A DNA stretch of 64,000 nt from assembly GCA_965603825.1 (NCBI GenBank), contig CBFDEM010000026.1, positions 62,001 through 126,000 of the forward strand. The letters run 5' to 3'. Shown here in pieces: positions 47,700-60,881 of this stretch; the first letter of the stretch is position 1, and each line of letters starts with the position of its first letter. A program made the position numbers and the translations under genes. The DNA comes from Blepharisma stoltei ATCC 30299 (Eukaryota; Protista; Ciliophora). Under the pieces are notes generated by a model that searched no databases, was not told where the DNA came from, and saw only the letters and a program-made list of their open reading frames with translations.

Positions 47700-50415
47700 A
47701 TTTAGTGAAATTAAGTTATTAAATTTATCCAGACTATTCTTTAGCATTTAGAATCAAAATAGTTGCTTAATCACTCTTTTTGAGCTCTCTCATTTTTATT
47801 TTCTCGGCTTTCAACTAAAGCTCTCTTCTCCATTTAATTGGAGCAAGACATAAGCCTTGCAAAATAAAATATTCACATCAATAATCTTTGTTTTTAGCTT
47901 TTGCTATCCCTTTTTGAAGTTGAAAGTGTAGAAGGATTATAATTTAATGTTTGTTAATGGTTGGCTATCATATAAATCAATAAATGGTGTTTCTGTTCCT
48001 TCTTATTTCTTATGCAACTGCCTTAATTCGTCTTCCTTTAGAGGAAAAATCGAGATCATCAAATTTTAATCATTCGAAAACTTGAAAGCTTAGAGGACTT
48101 TTGTCTTCAGCAACCGTGACGAACTATCAAAACGTAGATTCTATTTAGGCTCAATATTATATCGATGCTGAAATTGGAACTCCTCCTCAAAAGTTCTCTT
48201 TACTAGTTTCCTTAAGGACCTCTTGAATTTTGGTGGATTTAAAAAACTGTGCATCGTGCCGAAGCTGAACTAATAAATTTGACCCAGACAATTCCTTAAC
48301 GCTGAAGAGAGGAAATAAGTATTTGACCATAGACACTGTGGGCCAGATGAAAGGTAAAATTGGAAACGAAGCAATTCGGATAGGAGACCTTAGTGCAAAA
48401 TCTCAGGGCATTGTTTTAGTCGATGATGAGGATGGAACTGATGATCTAAAGCCAGATGGTATTTTTGGACTTGGTTTTAGCGCAGCTAAAGATGGAGCTA
48501 CCTCTATTTTGAATACTTTATATGAGCAGAATGATATTGAGCACTTGCTTTTTTCACTTTATTTAAGTGACTCAAACAGCATTTCTGACTTGCCTGATTA
48601 TGGCCAATCAATGCTTATTATAGATGGCTATGATATTTCTAAATATGCAGCAGAATCACAGTTTACATTCCTAAATGTAGCAAATTCTGATGGATTTTGG
48701 GAATTGGATTCTGATTGTGTTGTTTTTGGCCAAAAAAGCTTTGCAGGAGGGTCTAAAGCAAGAATAAGTCCAGGTACAAGCTACATATTGGGACCAATAG
48801 ATGCTATCAGTGGAATTTTAAAGCTATTAGAAGCTAATTATACTTGCTCGGCTGACAATTTAGGACAACTAAATTGTAATTGCAACGAAAATTACCCTGA
48901 CTTTGTATTTCAACTAAGTGGAGTTCAATTCAAAATAAAATCAGCTGGGTATTTGCAAAAAGTTGATGAATATTGCCATCCAACTTTTGGCTATTCAACA
49001 GTTACCAATACATGGATTTTAGGTGACACTTTTCTCAGAAGATTTTATACACTTTACGACAAAGCCAAGCGCAGCCAATTGTACATCAAGCTCTGTTAAT
49101 TGCACAAATCCAACTAATCTTGTGCCAAACCCCAACCCAGGCAAAATAAATTGCACATCATGCTCAAATTTATCTTATTCTAGCCAAGGCAGCATCAGTG
49201 AAAAGGCTTACATTGGGTTTGGTGTGCTCATTACATTAGGTGCTTTATTTACAGTAACTATCTTCCTTTTTATTATTACTTATTACTGTGATGCAATCAA
49301 GAACACGTTAAGAGAATGTTGCCCAAAAAAGAATCCTGTTGCTCCTTCTGCAGAAAATTCCAATAATACTTTGAATGCTAGCAATATTCCAGATATGTTT
49401 CCTCCAAATAGTCCTACTAACTCGGTTTCTGAAAATGAAATAACCCCTCAGGGCATAAAAGAAAAAACAGCTGCGATTTTAAACAGAGTGAATAATCCAG
49501 AAACCGAGAATGATTTCAGGAGAACTTTTACACGAATATCAGAGAATGCTACTAATGCTGCTAATAATCCAACATATCAAAGTTTTATCAACGCTTAGGA
49601 TCGGGTTAGCTCTCTTTATCTTCTTAGAGAAAATAATAAATACGGTAGAACCTCTTTGATTGTTTATGACACTGAAAATGAAATCGAAAAAGAGATAGTG
49701 TTAGAAAATACTCCAGAAAAACTGAATAAGTGTACTTGCATTACTTATATACCAGGCGGTAAAATTTTCTGTTTTGGAAATGATCCTGCTTCTGGAGTTA
49801 CATTGCTAATCAATAATAATAATCAAGTTGAAATGCTGCGATCTGGAACACCTTGCAGCAGCTCATCAGCTACCTATTTTAATAATAGCGTGTAACTTTA
49901 TCTGAGAGATTTGACTTGAAAAGTAAAAATTGGCAAAAATTAATGCCATTGCCTAAAGCTGATTATGAATGCCACTGTTTGGAGTTTAATAATAATATTT
50001 TGATTGCTGGTCGTCAAAATCAAAATATTTTGAGATAGTCAATAAAAGATAACAAGTTCGAGCCAATAAATAGCTATTATTTTGAGGGAGGGGTGAGAAA
50101 AATCCTGTTTAATGCAGGTAGCTTATGGTTGATTGAGTGCAGCAAGATGGGGAAGATATATGAAAGTATAAGGGATGATAAGTCTTGGGTAGAAATAACT
50201 AATCTTGATAAGTTTTTTGGTGATCCTTCACAAGTTTATTGCTCTTATAATAAGGAAGCAATATATATTGGCTGCGGAGGAGAATTTGATGGGTATTATA
50301 AGTTTAGCTTAAGCCAAAAAACAACTTACAAGTTAGAGATCAGTAGATTCTAATTCTTAAATTTAATCAATTATTTGCTTTAGACAATTTTTTTATTAGA
50401 TTTTTAATTTCTCAT
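47700..50415 (+). repeat. Direct duplication; partner ~51685-54680
   Basis: Upstream (~290 nt), coding and downstream sequence align. Confidence 0.88.
47984..50353 (+). pseudogene. Pseudo-pepsin/TM/Kelch receptor copy 1 (frameshifted)
   Basis: Near-identical to the 52006 gene, with intron 48134-48148. Deletion/frameshift at ~49060, TAG at 49596, a further deletion at ~49893 and TAG at ~50036. Confidence 0.85.
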
Positions 50416-50437
50416 TTTAGAGAGTTAAGGGTTGCAC

Positions 50438-50610
50438 CCATCCCATTTACCTCATTTTTATTTATAGGGCTTTTATCTTCAGCTGCTGTGAGAAATTTCC
50501 TTTAAAGAATATTATAGCGAAAAAATTTTGAAGCAAGAAGTAGCACAAGATTAGCCATAATTAAAAGTATTTTATGATAATTATAAGTCAATGAGACTAT
50601 TTTAATATAA
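50438..50610 (+). pseudogene. Deletion relic of a copy-3-type receptor gene
   Basis: atcccatttacctcattt...gctgtga matches 55995-56047, and attttatgataattataagt matches 57310-57330. Confidence 0.65.
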
Positions 50611-52005
50611 ATTGACCTTAGCAAATTAAAATGGCAATTATTGAAATTCCAAAAACTTGCTCTATATTTGTTTTTTGATGTACAGCTAATTTTTAAATAA
50701 TTATTATAGCATCATTATGATCAATTGACATTGCATTTACAATGCTTTTAGCTATGGAAGATAAATAAAGGGTGCGGTAGCCTCAATCAATCCCATCTCT
50801 AATGTGTATTTATGTATGGCATAGCCGATTAAGTGAGCTGTCTTTTAGGCAACTTTCTTCACCGATTAATATTATTTCACAAAGTGTTGTCATACCAATA
50901 AAATTTTATAACATTTGGGACTGATAAAAGCAAATAAAAAGAAATTGAAAAAATCTGAGAAAGGATTATTTAGAAGCAGCAAGGGAAACAAAATTTTCAA
51001 TTTGATTTATCTTAGCATGGCCAAAAAAAAAGACATACAAGACGCTTATATAAAATTAATAAATAATTAGCAAGCAGCATACTTGAAATTATATTCATCT
51101 ATTCATAGGATTATTAATAAAATTGTGCTTAAATTATTTTTGATATTATTTATCTAATTATACTAAATCTCTTTATTCTTTAATTGCATCTTCATCTTCG
51201 CTCTCTTTCTCTTCATATTAATCATGTCTCTTTAGTTATTTAATGATTTCTTTATTCAATACTTGCAAATAATCATCTCTTAGCTGCTTATAGGCGATTT
51301 GCTCAAGATTTAGATTTAGGGTGCAAATTAATGAATAATGCGCAGAAATAAACCTCTCCAGAAGAATCCACTATTTCAATTGAAAGGGTGCGAAAAGTTA
51401 TATGAAATAGCATCAATTTTTGGGTATAATAAAGGAACTGTCTGTATTGGAGCATTAGGACAGTTTATAAAATTAAGAAGAGGAGAAAGAAAAGCAATGC
51501 AGCAAATAAAAATTTGATAGTAATTATTATTAATTTTATGGTTTTATTTGATATATTGGTGGTGCATGAGAAGCTTTTGGGAAGAATATTGAAACATATA
51601 AAACATAATTTACCCAGATATTTAATATGAAGCAAACATTCAAGAAAATTCTTTTCGTTTTTAAACTATTTACAGTGATTTAATTTATGAAATTAAGTTA
51701 ATAAATTTACTCAAACAATTCTTTAGCATTTAAAATCAAAATAATTGCTTAATCAGTCTTTTTGAGCTCTCTCATTCCCATTTTCTCGACTTTCAACTAA
51801 AAGCTCTCTCTTCTCCATTTAATTGTAGCAAAAATTTTAAACTAAGTAGCCACTCTAGATAAACAGACATAAGCCTTGCAAAAAATCATATTGGCATCAA
51901 TAATCTTTGTTTTTAGCTCTTGCTATTCCTTTTTGAAGCTAAAAAAATTGTAGAAGGAATTGTAATTTTCAGTTTGATGATGGCTGTTTATCATATAAAT
52001 CATAA

Positions 52006-54597
52006 ATGCTGTTTCTGTTCCTCCTAATTTCTTATTCAACTGCCTTAATTCGTCTTCCTTTGGAGGAAAAATTGAGATCATCAAATTTTCATCATTCGAA
52101 AACATCTTGAAAGCTTAGAGGACTTTTGTCTTCAGCAACCGTGACGAACTATCAAAACGTAGATTCTATTTAGGCTCAATATTATATCGATGCTGAAATT
52201 GGAACTCCTCCTCAAAAGTTTTCTTTACTAGTTTCCTTAAGGACCTCTTGAATTTTGGTGGGTTTAAAAAACTGCGGATCGTGCCGAGGCTGAACTAATA
52301 AATTTGACCCAGACAGTTCCTCAACGCTGAAGAGCGGGAATAAGTATTTGACCGTAGACACTGTGGGCCAGATGAAAGGTAAAATTGGAAACGAAACAAT
52401 TCGGATAGGAGACCTTAGTGCAAAATCTCAGGGAATTGTTTTAGTCGATGATGAGTATGGAACTGATGATCTAAAGCCAGATGGTATATTTGGGCTAGGT
52501 TTTAGCACTGCTAAAGATGGAGCTACCTCTATTTTGAATACTGTATTGTCGCAAAATAATATTAAGCACTTGCTTTTTTCACTTTATTTTAGTGACTCAA
52601 ACAGCATTTCTGACTTACCTGATTATGGCCAATCAATGCTTATTATAGATGGCTATGATATTTCTAAATATGCAGCAGAATCACAGTTTACATTTCTAAA
52701 CGCAGCAAATTCTGATGGGTATTGGGAATTGGATTCTGATTGTGTTGTTTTTGGCCAAAAAAGTTTTGCAGGAGGGTCTAAAGCAAGAATAAGTCCAGGT
52801 ACAAGCTACGTATTGGGACCAAAAGATACTGTCAATGAAATTTTAAAGCTATTAGAAACTAATTATACTTGCTCAGCTGACAATTTAGGACAACTAAATT
52901 GTAATTGCAACGAAAATTACCCTGACTTTGTATTTCAACTCAGTGGAGTTCAATTCAAAATAAAATCAGCTGGGTATTTGCAAAAAGTTGATGAATATTG
53001 CCATCCAACTTTTGGCTATTCAACAGTAACCAATACATGGATTTTAGGTGACACTTTTCTCAGAAGATTTTATACGCTTTATGACATGGAAAACAAAAAA
53101 ATCGGACTTGCCACTGTTGGTTCTATATCCCAAATAAGCAAACGGGCATCGTTATGTAGTTCAAACAACTCTGGATCGTCTGGAACTGGCTCCAATTGCA
53201 AAAATTCAACAGGCTCCACCAATGGTACAAATTCAGGAAACTGCACTAATCCTGTGCCAAACCCAAATCCAGGCACAACCAATTGTACATCAAGCTCTGC
53301 TAATTGCACAAATCCAAATAATCCTGTACCAAACCCCAACCCAGGCACAATAAATTGCACATCAAGCTCAAATTGTACCAGTTCAAGCCATAGCAGCAGT
53401 TCGTTCATTTCCAGTAATTATTTTGGCTTGACAGCAATTTCATGAACTTTATTATGGAGCTTATATATTATTTGTCACTGGGATACAATTAAGGGCAAGT
53501 TCAGAAAATGCTGTTCTAAGAATAATACTATTGATGCAGATCCCAATTTTTTTGATGTTGGCCTAACTCCGCCAATTTATGATAGGATTCCTTCAAATAG
53601 TCGTACAAACTCGGTTTCTGAAAATGAGATAGCCCCTCAGAGCATAAAAGCAAAAACAGCTGCGATTTTAAACAGAGTGAATAATCCAGAAACTGAGGAT
53701 GATTTCAGAAGAACTTTTACACGATTATCAGAGAATGCTAGTAATGCTGCTAATAATCCAACATATAAAATTAACTGCCAAAGATTTATTGACGCTTATC
53801 ATAGGGTCAGCTCTCTTTATTTTCTTAGAGAAAATAATTTCTACGGTAGAACCTCTTTGGTTATCTATGACACTGAAAATGAAAGAGAAAACGAGATAGT
53901 GTTAGAAAAGACTCCAGAAAACCTGCAGAGCTGTACTTCCATTACTTTTATTCCAGGTGGTAAAATTTTCTGTTTTGGAAATTATCCTGCTTCTGGAGTT
54001 ACATTGATGCTCGATGAGCATTATCAAGTCGAAAAGCTGAAATCTGGAACACCTTGCAGCAGCTCATCAGCTACCTATTTTAATAATAACGTGTACTGCT
54101 TTGGAGGAAAAAATGGCAATGATTTGCTAACTTTATCTCAGAGATTTGACTTGAAAAGTAAAAAATGGCGCAAATTAAGACCGTTGCCTAAAGCTGATTA
54201 TGAATGCCACTGTTTGGAGTTTAATGATAATATTTTGATTGCTGGTCGTGAAAATCAAAATATTTTGAGATATTCAATAAAAGATAACAGCTTCGAGACA
54301 ATAAATAGCTATTATTTTGAGGGAGGGGTGAGAAAAATCCTGTTTAATGTAAGTAGTTTATGGTTGATTGAGTGCAGAAATAGAGGGAAGATATGTGAAA
54401 GCAGGGGAGATGAGAACTCTTGGGTAAACATAGCTAATCTTGATGAATATTTTGGTGATCCTTCACAAGTTTATTGCTCTTATAATAAGGAAGCAATATA
54501 TATTGGTTGTGGAGCATACGTTGACGGGTATTACAAGTTTAACTTACGCGAAAAAAATATGGAAAAGTTGCAAAAATTAGTTAATACTAAGTCTTAA
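52006..54597 (+). CDS. Receptor-like protein: signal peptide, inactive pepsin-like (A1) domain, Ser/Asn/Pro stalk, TM, Kelch repeats (~858 aa)
   Basis: Intron 52159-52173; QYY...IGTPPQKF, DGIFGLG, WILGDTFLRRFYTLYD; catalytic sites read SLRT and SPGT; TGA=W in the TM; Kelch VYCFGG...RFDL..KKW..L.PLP. Confidence 0.85.
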
Positions 54598-55904
54598 ATT
54601 TAACCAAATATTTATTTTACTATGCCACATATTTTAATTATTTTTAGGCAATTTTTTATTAGATTTTAATTTCTCATTTTAAGAATTTAAATAATAGCAA
54701 ATTTTCTGATTCTCATGATTTATTTAATATAATAATTATTAAGATTTAAAGATTATTCAATGAAAATTAATATAATTTATCTTTAGCCAGGAAGAATCAA
54801 AAGCAATTAATGATCATATCATATAATTATATTATGATTCTTGCCATAATCTATTACCGATTGAAAAAAGTTTCTCACTAGGTGATTTAAAAATTTTATT
54901 GAAAAATATGCATTTCCCAGTAATTCTGCTCACTCTTAAAGGATAGCAAATTGTTTTATATTATCAATAGAATTATGTCAACTGTGCAGCACTATATCTT
55001 TATTAATAAAAAATAACTGCTTTTGATTAAAGAGCTTTTGTCTACTTCCTGTCAAGCATCCGAAGATTTAATAATGAAACTATTAAATTTTTATAAAGAA
55101 GTCATCGGCTTTCAAAATCTCATAAAGCTCAATCCCAAATTAATAATTACCTAAAATAGAAGTAATAACAATTGAATTTAATTAAGCTGTTTATTCCAAA
55201 CAAAGTATATAAACATTTTAAAGTTATTAATCAGATAAACTTTGACTCTTAAGGTGGTGAAAAAAGTAATATTTATTTAGGCAATTAAAAGCATTATGTA
55301 ATGAAGGTTTGAAATAAGCTATATGAAAACTCTAAAGGCTTTAGGGATATTGAAACGAAGATAAAGTTGCACAAAAGGCGATCTCCTTAAAGCAATAGCT
55401 GAAAAGTCAGGAAATGGGTATTTTGAAGAAGATGAATCTGAAAATATTTTATTCAAGTAGGTTTTGGGTTAGAATACCTCAATTCTAATGAATTATTCGC
55501 CTAGATCTCAGGATGCAAACATTCTTTTGGGTGATAATAACGATGTAAGCATATGGGATTTCTGAATTTCTTGCAGTTAAAATATCTCGTCTATTCTGGA
55601 TCGATTCTTTGTGGTGAGTTTTTTCTCTCTGCACTTTTTCTTAAAATATTAGACCAAATAAATAGGATTATTAAATTGATGTGCTTGCTAAGATATTAAG
55701 ACTGGAAAATATTAGACATATTATCTCTTTGTTTCGAATGATATAATTTTAATTTTTTCTTGCAATAAAGCATTTTAATAGGATTTCCCTTAAGAAAGCA
55801 TACAAAAAATTGTAGAAAGAATTGTTATTAGTAGCTAAACTTACTAGATCAATTTTTCATTGCATCATAATTTTATGAAGAGCTTCAAATATTATAATTA
55901 ATCA

Positions 55905-57295
55905 ATGATTTTTTTACTTATCTTCGTTATTTTTGCAGAAGCTGCTATTCAAATCCCTTTGCATGAAAATTATGAGTCCTTAAGCGATTCATCTATCCCA
56001 TTTACCTCATTTCAATTTAGAGGGCTTTCATCTTCAACTGCTGTGACCAATTTGCAAAATGTGAGCTTTATTTAGAGTCAATATTATATGACAGTAGGCA
56101 TTGGAACGCCTCCCAAAATTTTTTCTGTGGGATTATCTCTAGAAACCTCTTGAATTCTCGTAGATCAAAAAGAATGTCTGCAGTGCCGCAGATGGACTTA
56201 TAAGTTTTATTCATTGCAATCTGCAACTTTCAAAAAGACCAATAAGAAATGAAACACAGACAGTGCTTACCAAATGCGGGGAAATGCTGGAAAAGACACA
56301 GTCATAATAGGGAGCTTCAACTCTACATCTCAAGCAGTATTTTTAATAGACAGCGAGCATGGGATGGACAATCTTAAGGCAGATGGAATATTCGGGCTGG
56401 GCTTTTCTAAAGGCCAAGCTGTCTCAATTTTAAAAAGATGATATGACGAAAATTATATTGAAAATATGATTTTTTCTCTTTATTTAAATGACATAAGTGG
56501 CATTTCTGGCTTGCAAGATAAAGGTCAATCAATGCTTATTATAGATGGCCATGATATTTATAAATATGCAGCAGAAGAAGAATTCACTTATATAAGCGTG
56601 TTAAACTCCGATGAGTATTGAGAATTGAGCCTCGATAAAGTCAGTCTAGGTGATTTGACCTTTAATAGTGGCAATAAAGCAAGGATCAGCTCAGGTGAAA
56701 AAGGAATCCTTGGGCCAAAAGAAGCTATTGATGGAATTTTACAACTGCTGCAGAGCAGCGCTAACTGCAATACTGATAGTAATAATCAGCTGACTTGTAA
56801 TTGCAATGCAAATTATCCTGATTTATTAATTCAATTAAGTGGAAATGCATTTAGAATCAAGCAAGCTGGGTATCTGCATAAATTAAATAAAGATTGCTCC
56901 CTAGTATTTGGCTACTCAGAAATTGATGATATATGAATTCTAGTGATGCTTTTCTGAGAAGGTTTTATACCCTTTATGATATGAAAAACGCGAAAATCGG
57001 CTTTGCTACTGTAGGAAATCAGCCACAAATTGAAGTGGGCTCAGTATCTCAAATTGAGGATTCTGATAATAGTAATAGCTCAATGGAAACCTAAAAGTTT
57101 GCTATGATTATTGCAATACCCACATTCTTTACTATTGTTATCATTATTGCAGCTGTGATTATCTTTATATGCATAAGGAGAAAAAGACATAATCATTCAG
57201 ATAGTGAAGCCGAAGAAAAAGCCGAAGAAAAAGCCGAAGAAAAAGATCATAAACATCGCAAGGGACGTCGGAAACAAGAAAAAAATTATGAATAG
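55905..57295 (+). pseudogene. Pseudo-pepsin/TM receptor copy 3 with a short charged tail
   Basis: Intron 56061-56075; 1-nt deletion in LGD at ~56943; TAA at ~57092 where paralogs have Trp; tail contains (AEEK)x3. Confidence 0.8.
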
Positions 57296-57424
57296 CAATA
57301 ATTAAAACCATTTTATGATAATTATAAGTAATCAAGACTATTTTTATATTATTTTCTATAAATTAAATTTTGGGCGATAATCAAATTCAAATTTTTTTCC
57401 TTTTTGCCTTCCTAGGTTGCATAA

Positions 57425-57820
57425 TTTGAAGCATTTTCGATTATCTCTGGCTCTCAACCCTCAAAAGCAGCCTTTACCCATTCAATAGCACAAAATCTGT
57501 CTGGAGTTTTATATTCCAGCAGCTTCACTTCTTCTATCAATGCTTTCTTCAATGTATTTGCTTTTAATTGTACAAGTCATTTTAAATCCTCTAAAAATGC
57601 TTACATCTAATTCTTTAGCATATTTAGTGTATTGGCAGGAATAAAATTATCTAGAGCAAGAAGAAGCAATTAAAGCTGTCTTTTCGAGCTCCTTTTCTGC
57701 ACTGTTCATGTGTTGTTCTTGCTTATTTTTCCTTATCCATTTTCTAAAATTATCAAGAGATAATGGCTTATCTTTGCAAAATTCAGCAGCTGTTATTAAT
57801 ATACAAGTAAATTTTTATCG
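57425..57820 (-). mobile_element. Degenerate pogo/Tigger-like (DDE_1) transposase relic
   Basis: Broken frames give KFTCILITAAEFCKDKPL, FIPAN(fs)TKYAKELDVSIFRGFK and AIEWVKAAFEGWEPEIIENA, in the order expected for DDE_1. Confidence 0.6.
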
Positions 57821-58466
57821 TTTTTTAAGTTATCCAAAGTGCTTGAGAGCTAATAAACTGAATTTTTAGATGGCAATTATGTAAATAGAATTAAGTCTAG
57901 CCATCTTTATAGTTCAGCACACAGTTTGATCTTTTAAAGAAACTTTAGTTAAGCAAGCTTCCAAATCATAAAAATAGTTTTACTGAGAGAAAATGAAACT
58001 CATTGGCCCAAGGATTTCAGATAATTTGTTTTCGTCTCACAGTCATAATAATACTAATTCAAGAATCTTTAGGCTAAATTGATTTAAATTAAAGTTTTTG
58101 TATTAAGTCATTTCTTCATTGAGTTAATTCAATCTTGATTGGTGTTTTTTAGTTATTCCTTGGATTTAGCATATCTATGGTGCTATAGCTCACCATAAGC
58201 AGTGGATAACTTTTAATTCAAAGAGGGAAATAAGCATCTTAATTGATCAATTTTTATATTTTTAAAGGCAGTCTCGCAGTTGACTATAATGTCCTTTGCC
58301 AATTTTTATTTCTCAATCTTACCTTATAAAAAAAGATAATCAGACCTTTTCTAGCATTTTCTAAAGTACCTTAAGCCTCATAGAAAATGTAGAAACAATA
58401 GGTATTAGCTAATAAATTTCCTTTACTTAGAAAGAAATTTTATAGAATAATCATTATAATAATTAA

Positions 58467-60881
58467 ATGATCATTTTATTCACTCTTGCTTCTTTAGCAG
58501 AAGCCTTAATATTACTCCCTTTATTTGAAAAAGCAGACTTTCCAAATTTGCATCCTCCCTCTTCATTCAGGCAACTTTCAGCATCAACAGGTCTGACAAA
58601 CTATAAAAATGTAACCTTTATTTAGAAACAATATTTCGTCCAGATAGGAATTGGAACCCCTCAACAGTATTTTTCAATGCTATTATCCTTAAAATCTTCC
58701 TGAATTTTTATAGGTGGGAAAGGGTGTTTAAGTTGTCGAAGCTGGACAAATAAATTTGATATCACCAGATCATCGACCTATAAAAATGATTTTAAATATT
58801 TGATTATAGATTCTATGGGCCTAGAAGGAGATGCTGGAAGAGACAAGGTCAATATTGGAGGAATTGATGCTAAATCTCAAGGAATTATTGTAGAGCGCAA
58901 GGAGTATAATATGGATAACATAAAAAGTGATGGAATACTTGGGCTAGGCTTTAGTTCTTCTAATAATGGGACTACTCCTATTATTAACACTTTATATGAG
59001 CAATATAATATTACCCACAAGATTTTTTCAATCTACTTAAATGATTTAAGCAATCCATATGACTTGCCTAACTTTGGCCAGTCAATGCTTATTATTGATG
59101 GCTATGATTTAAATAAATACTCAGCAGAAAAATCATTTAAATATATAAGCTGCAGAGCAAGCCAGGAAGGATATTGGCAAATGGACTTCGATCATGCCAT
59201 TTTTAATGGAATAACATTTACAAGCGGCTATAAAGCAATAATTAGTGTAGGAACCAGCTTAATCTTAGGGCCAAAAGAAGCCATTAATGGCATTTTAAAG
59301 CAATTGCATAACAATTATAGCTGTGACGATAATAATTTAGGGGAGCTCTTTTGTGATTGCGGTTCGAATTATCCTGATCTTATAATCCAAATAAGCGGAG
59401 TAAAATTTACAATTAAACCAGCAGCATATTTTTATAAATGAAATGATTATTGCTGGCCATCATTTAATTATACGAATGTGCCAAATACATGAGTGTTAGG
59501 TGATACTTTTCTCAGAAGGTTTTATACAGTTTATGATATGGAAAACATGAAAATTGGTTTTGCTACTGTTGGGAATGTATCTCAAATCTATTCAAATGCA
59601 ACTAATACAGGCGGCTCTTCTGGAAATAATTCTACATCAGGTACTAATAGCACAAACCCAGGCTCACATGGAGGTGGGAACAATTCTACAACGAGCGGAG
59701 GTTCATCTGGAAGCGGCTCTGGCACTAATAATTCTACAACAGGTGGAGGTTCATCTGGAAGCGGCTCTGGCACTAATAATTCTACAACAGGTGGAGGTTC
59801 ATCTGGAAGCGGCTCTGGCGCTAATAATTCTACAACAGGTGGAGGTTCATCTGGAAATGGCTCAGGTTCTACAGGTGGAGGGTCATCTGGAAATGGCTCA
59901 GGTTCCACAGGTGGAGGGTCATCTGGAAATGGCTCAGGCTCCAGCGGTGGAGGATCAGGGTCTTCTGGAGGTAAAAACCCAGACAATAGTTCTTCTCATA
60001 AAAGCAGTAGCTCAAATGATGATTGAAAGCTTTATTTATCTATAGCTATTCCTACATCTGTTCTCTTTTCTATATTGGTTTTTGTCATAATTTTTCTTTA
60101 CATCAAGTACAGAAAAAGAATGAAAAATCAATCAGATGATAACTTAGAAGAGTGCAGAATTTGTATGGGGCGTTTACCTTTACGTCTTTTGAAAAAGCTA
60201 ACATGCAACCATTATTTTTGTAGTAAAGATTTACGTCAAATGTTAGAGTTTTACATTGCAGAAAATGCTATTGCAAAAGCTATGAAGTGTCCTAACGAAA
60301 ATTGCAATGGTGAAATTAGCTCGCTGATTATGCAAGATATATTATCCAAAGAGGCAATGGAGAAGCTGAATTATTTCATGATAAATAGAAACTTCAGAAT
60401 TATCAAGTGTCCCAAGTGCAATCAAAAATTTGAATCGTCACAGGAAAGGAGAGCAACGTGCATAAATTGCTATATGGATTTTTGCAGTTACTGCCAAGAG
60501 ATTTGGCATGAAATAGATAATTGTCGAGAAATGTTTATACAGAGGAGATTAAAAGAATTAGAAGCAAGTGGAGAAATGGTGGCGCAGTGTCCTGGATGTA
60601 AAGCCCCATATTTAAAGGATCACCGTTGCGACCATGTGCAATGCGTAGACCCAAAATGTAATGTACTTTTCTGCTTCGGATGCTCTGCGAACAGATCGCC
60701 TATAATTGCTCATTGAGAACATTATCATAGGCCAGATTGTGCACATTTTCAAGAAAACAATAGGCAAGTCCGGGATCGATATTCGCCAGAAAAATGTAGT
60801 GAATGCAAAATATTGGGCAGACTTTGCCTTCCGCCTCAAAAATTGCGCGTTCCAAGAAGATTTGGACCTGGAGAGTCATAA
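58467..60881 (+). CDS. Receptor-like protein: signal peptide, inactive pepsin-like domain, Gly/Ser stalk, TM, RBR (RING1-IBR-RING2) E3 ligase (~799 aa)
   Basis: Intron 58611-58625; TGA=W joins three track ORFs; catalytic sites SLKS/SVGT. RING1 CRIC..CNH.FC..CPNENC; IBR CPKC..CINC...FC..C...WH...C; RING2 CPGC....KDHRCDHVQC...C...FCFGC. Confidence 0.87.
59680..59960 (+). repeat. Coding tandem repeats (48-nt NNSTTGGGSSGSGSGT units, then 36-nt STGGGSSGNGSG units)
   Basis: Repeated aataattctacaacaggtggaggttcatctggaagcggctctggc and acaggtggagggtcatctggaaatggctcagg. Confidence 0.92.

Noticed and set aside
51330-51510. Possible Tc1-like HTH fragment (YEIASIFGYNKGTV)
   Set aside because: Too short; no supporting catalytic motifs or TIRs seen.
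59554-60045. Repetitive ORFs in alternative frames (QVEVHLEAALAL / PEPLPDEPPP) and a CRISPR-like look
   Set aside because: Shadows of the Gly/Ser stalk repeat; head-to-tail units with no unique spacers, in eukaryotic DNA.
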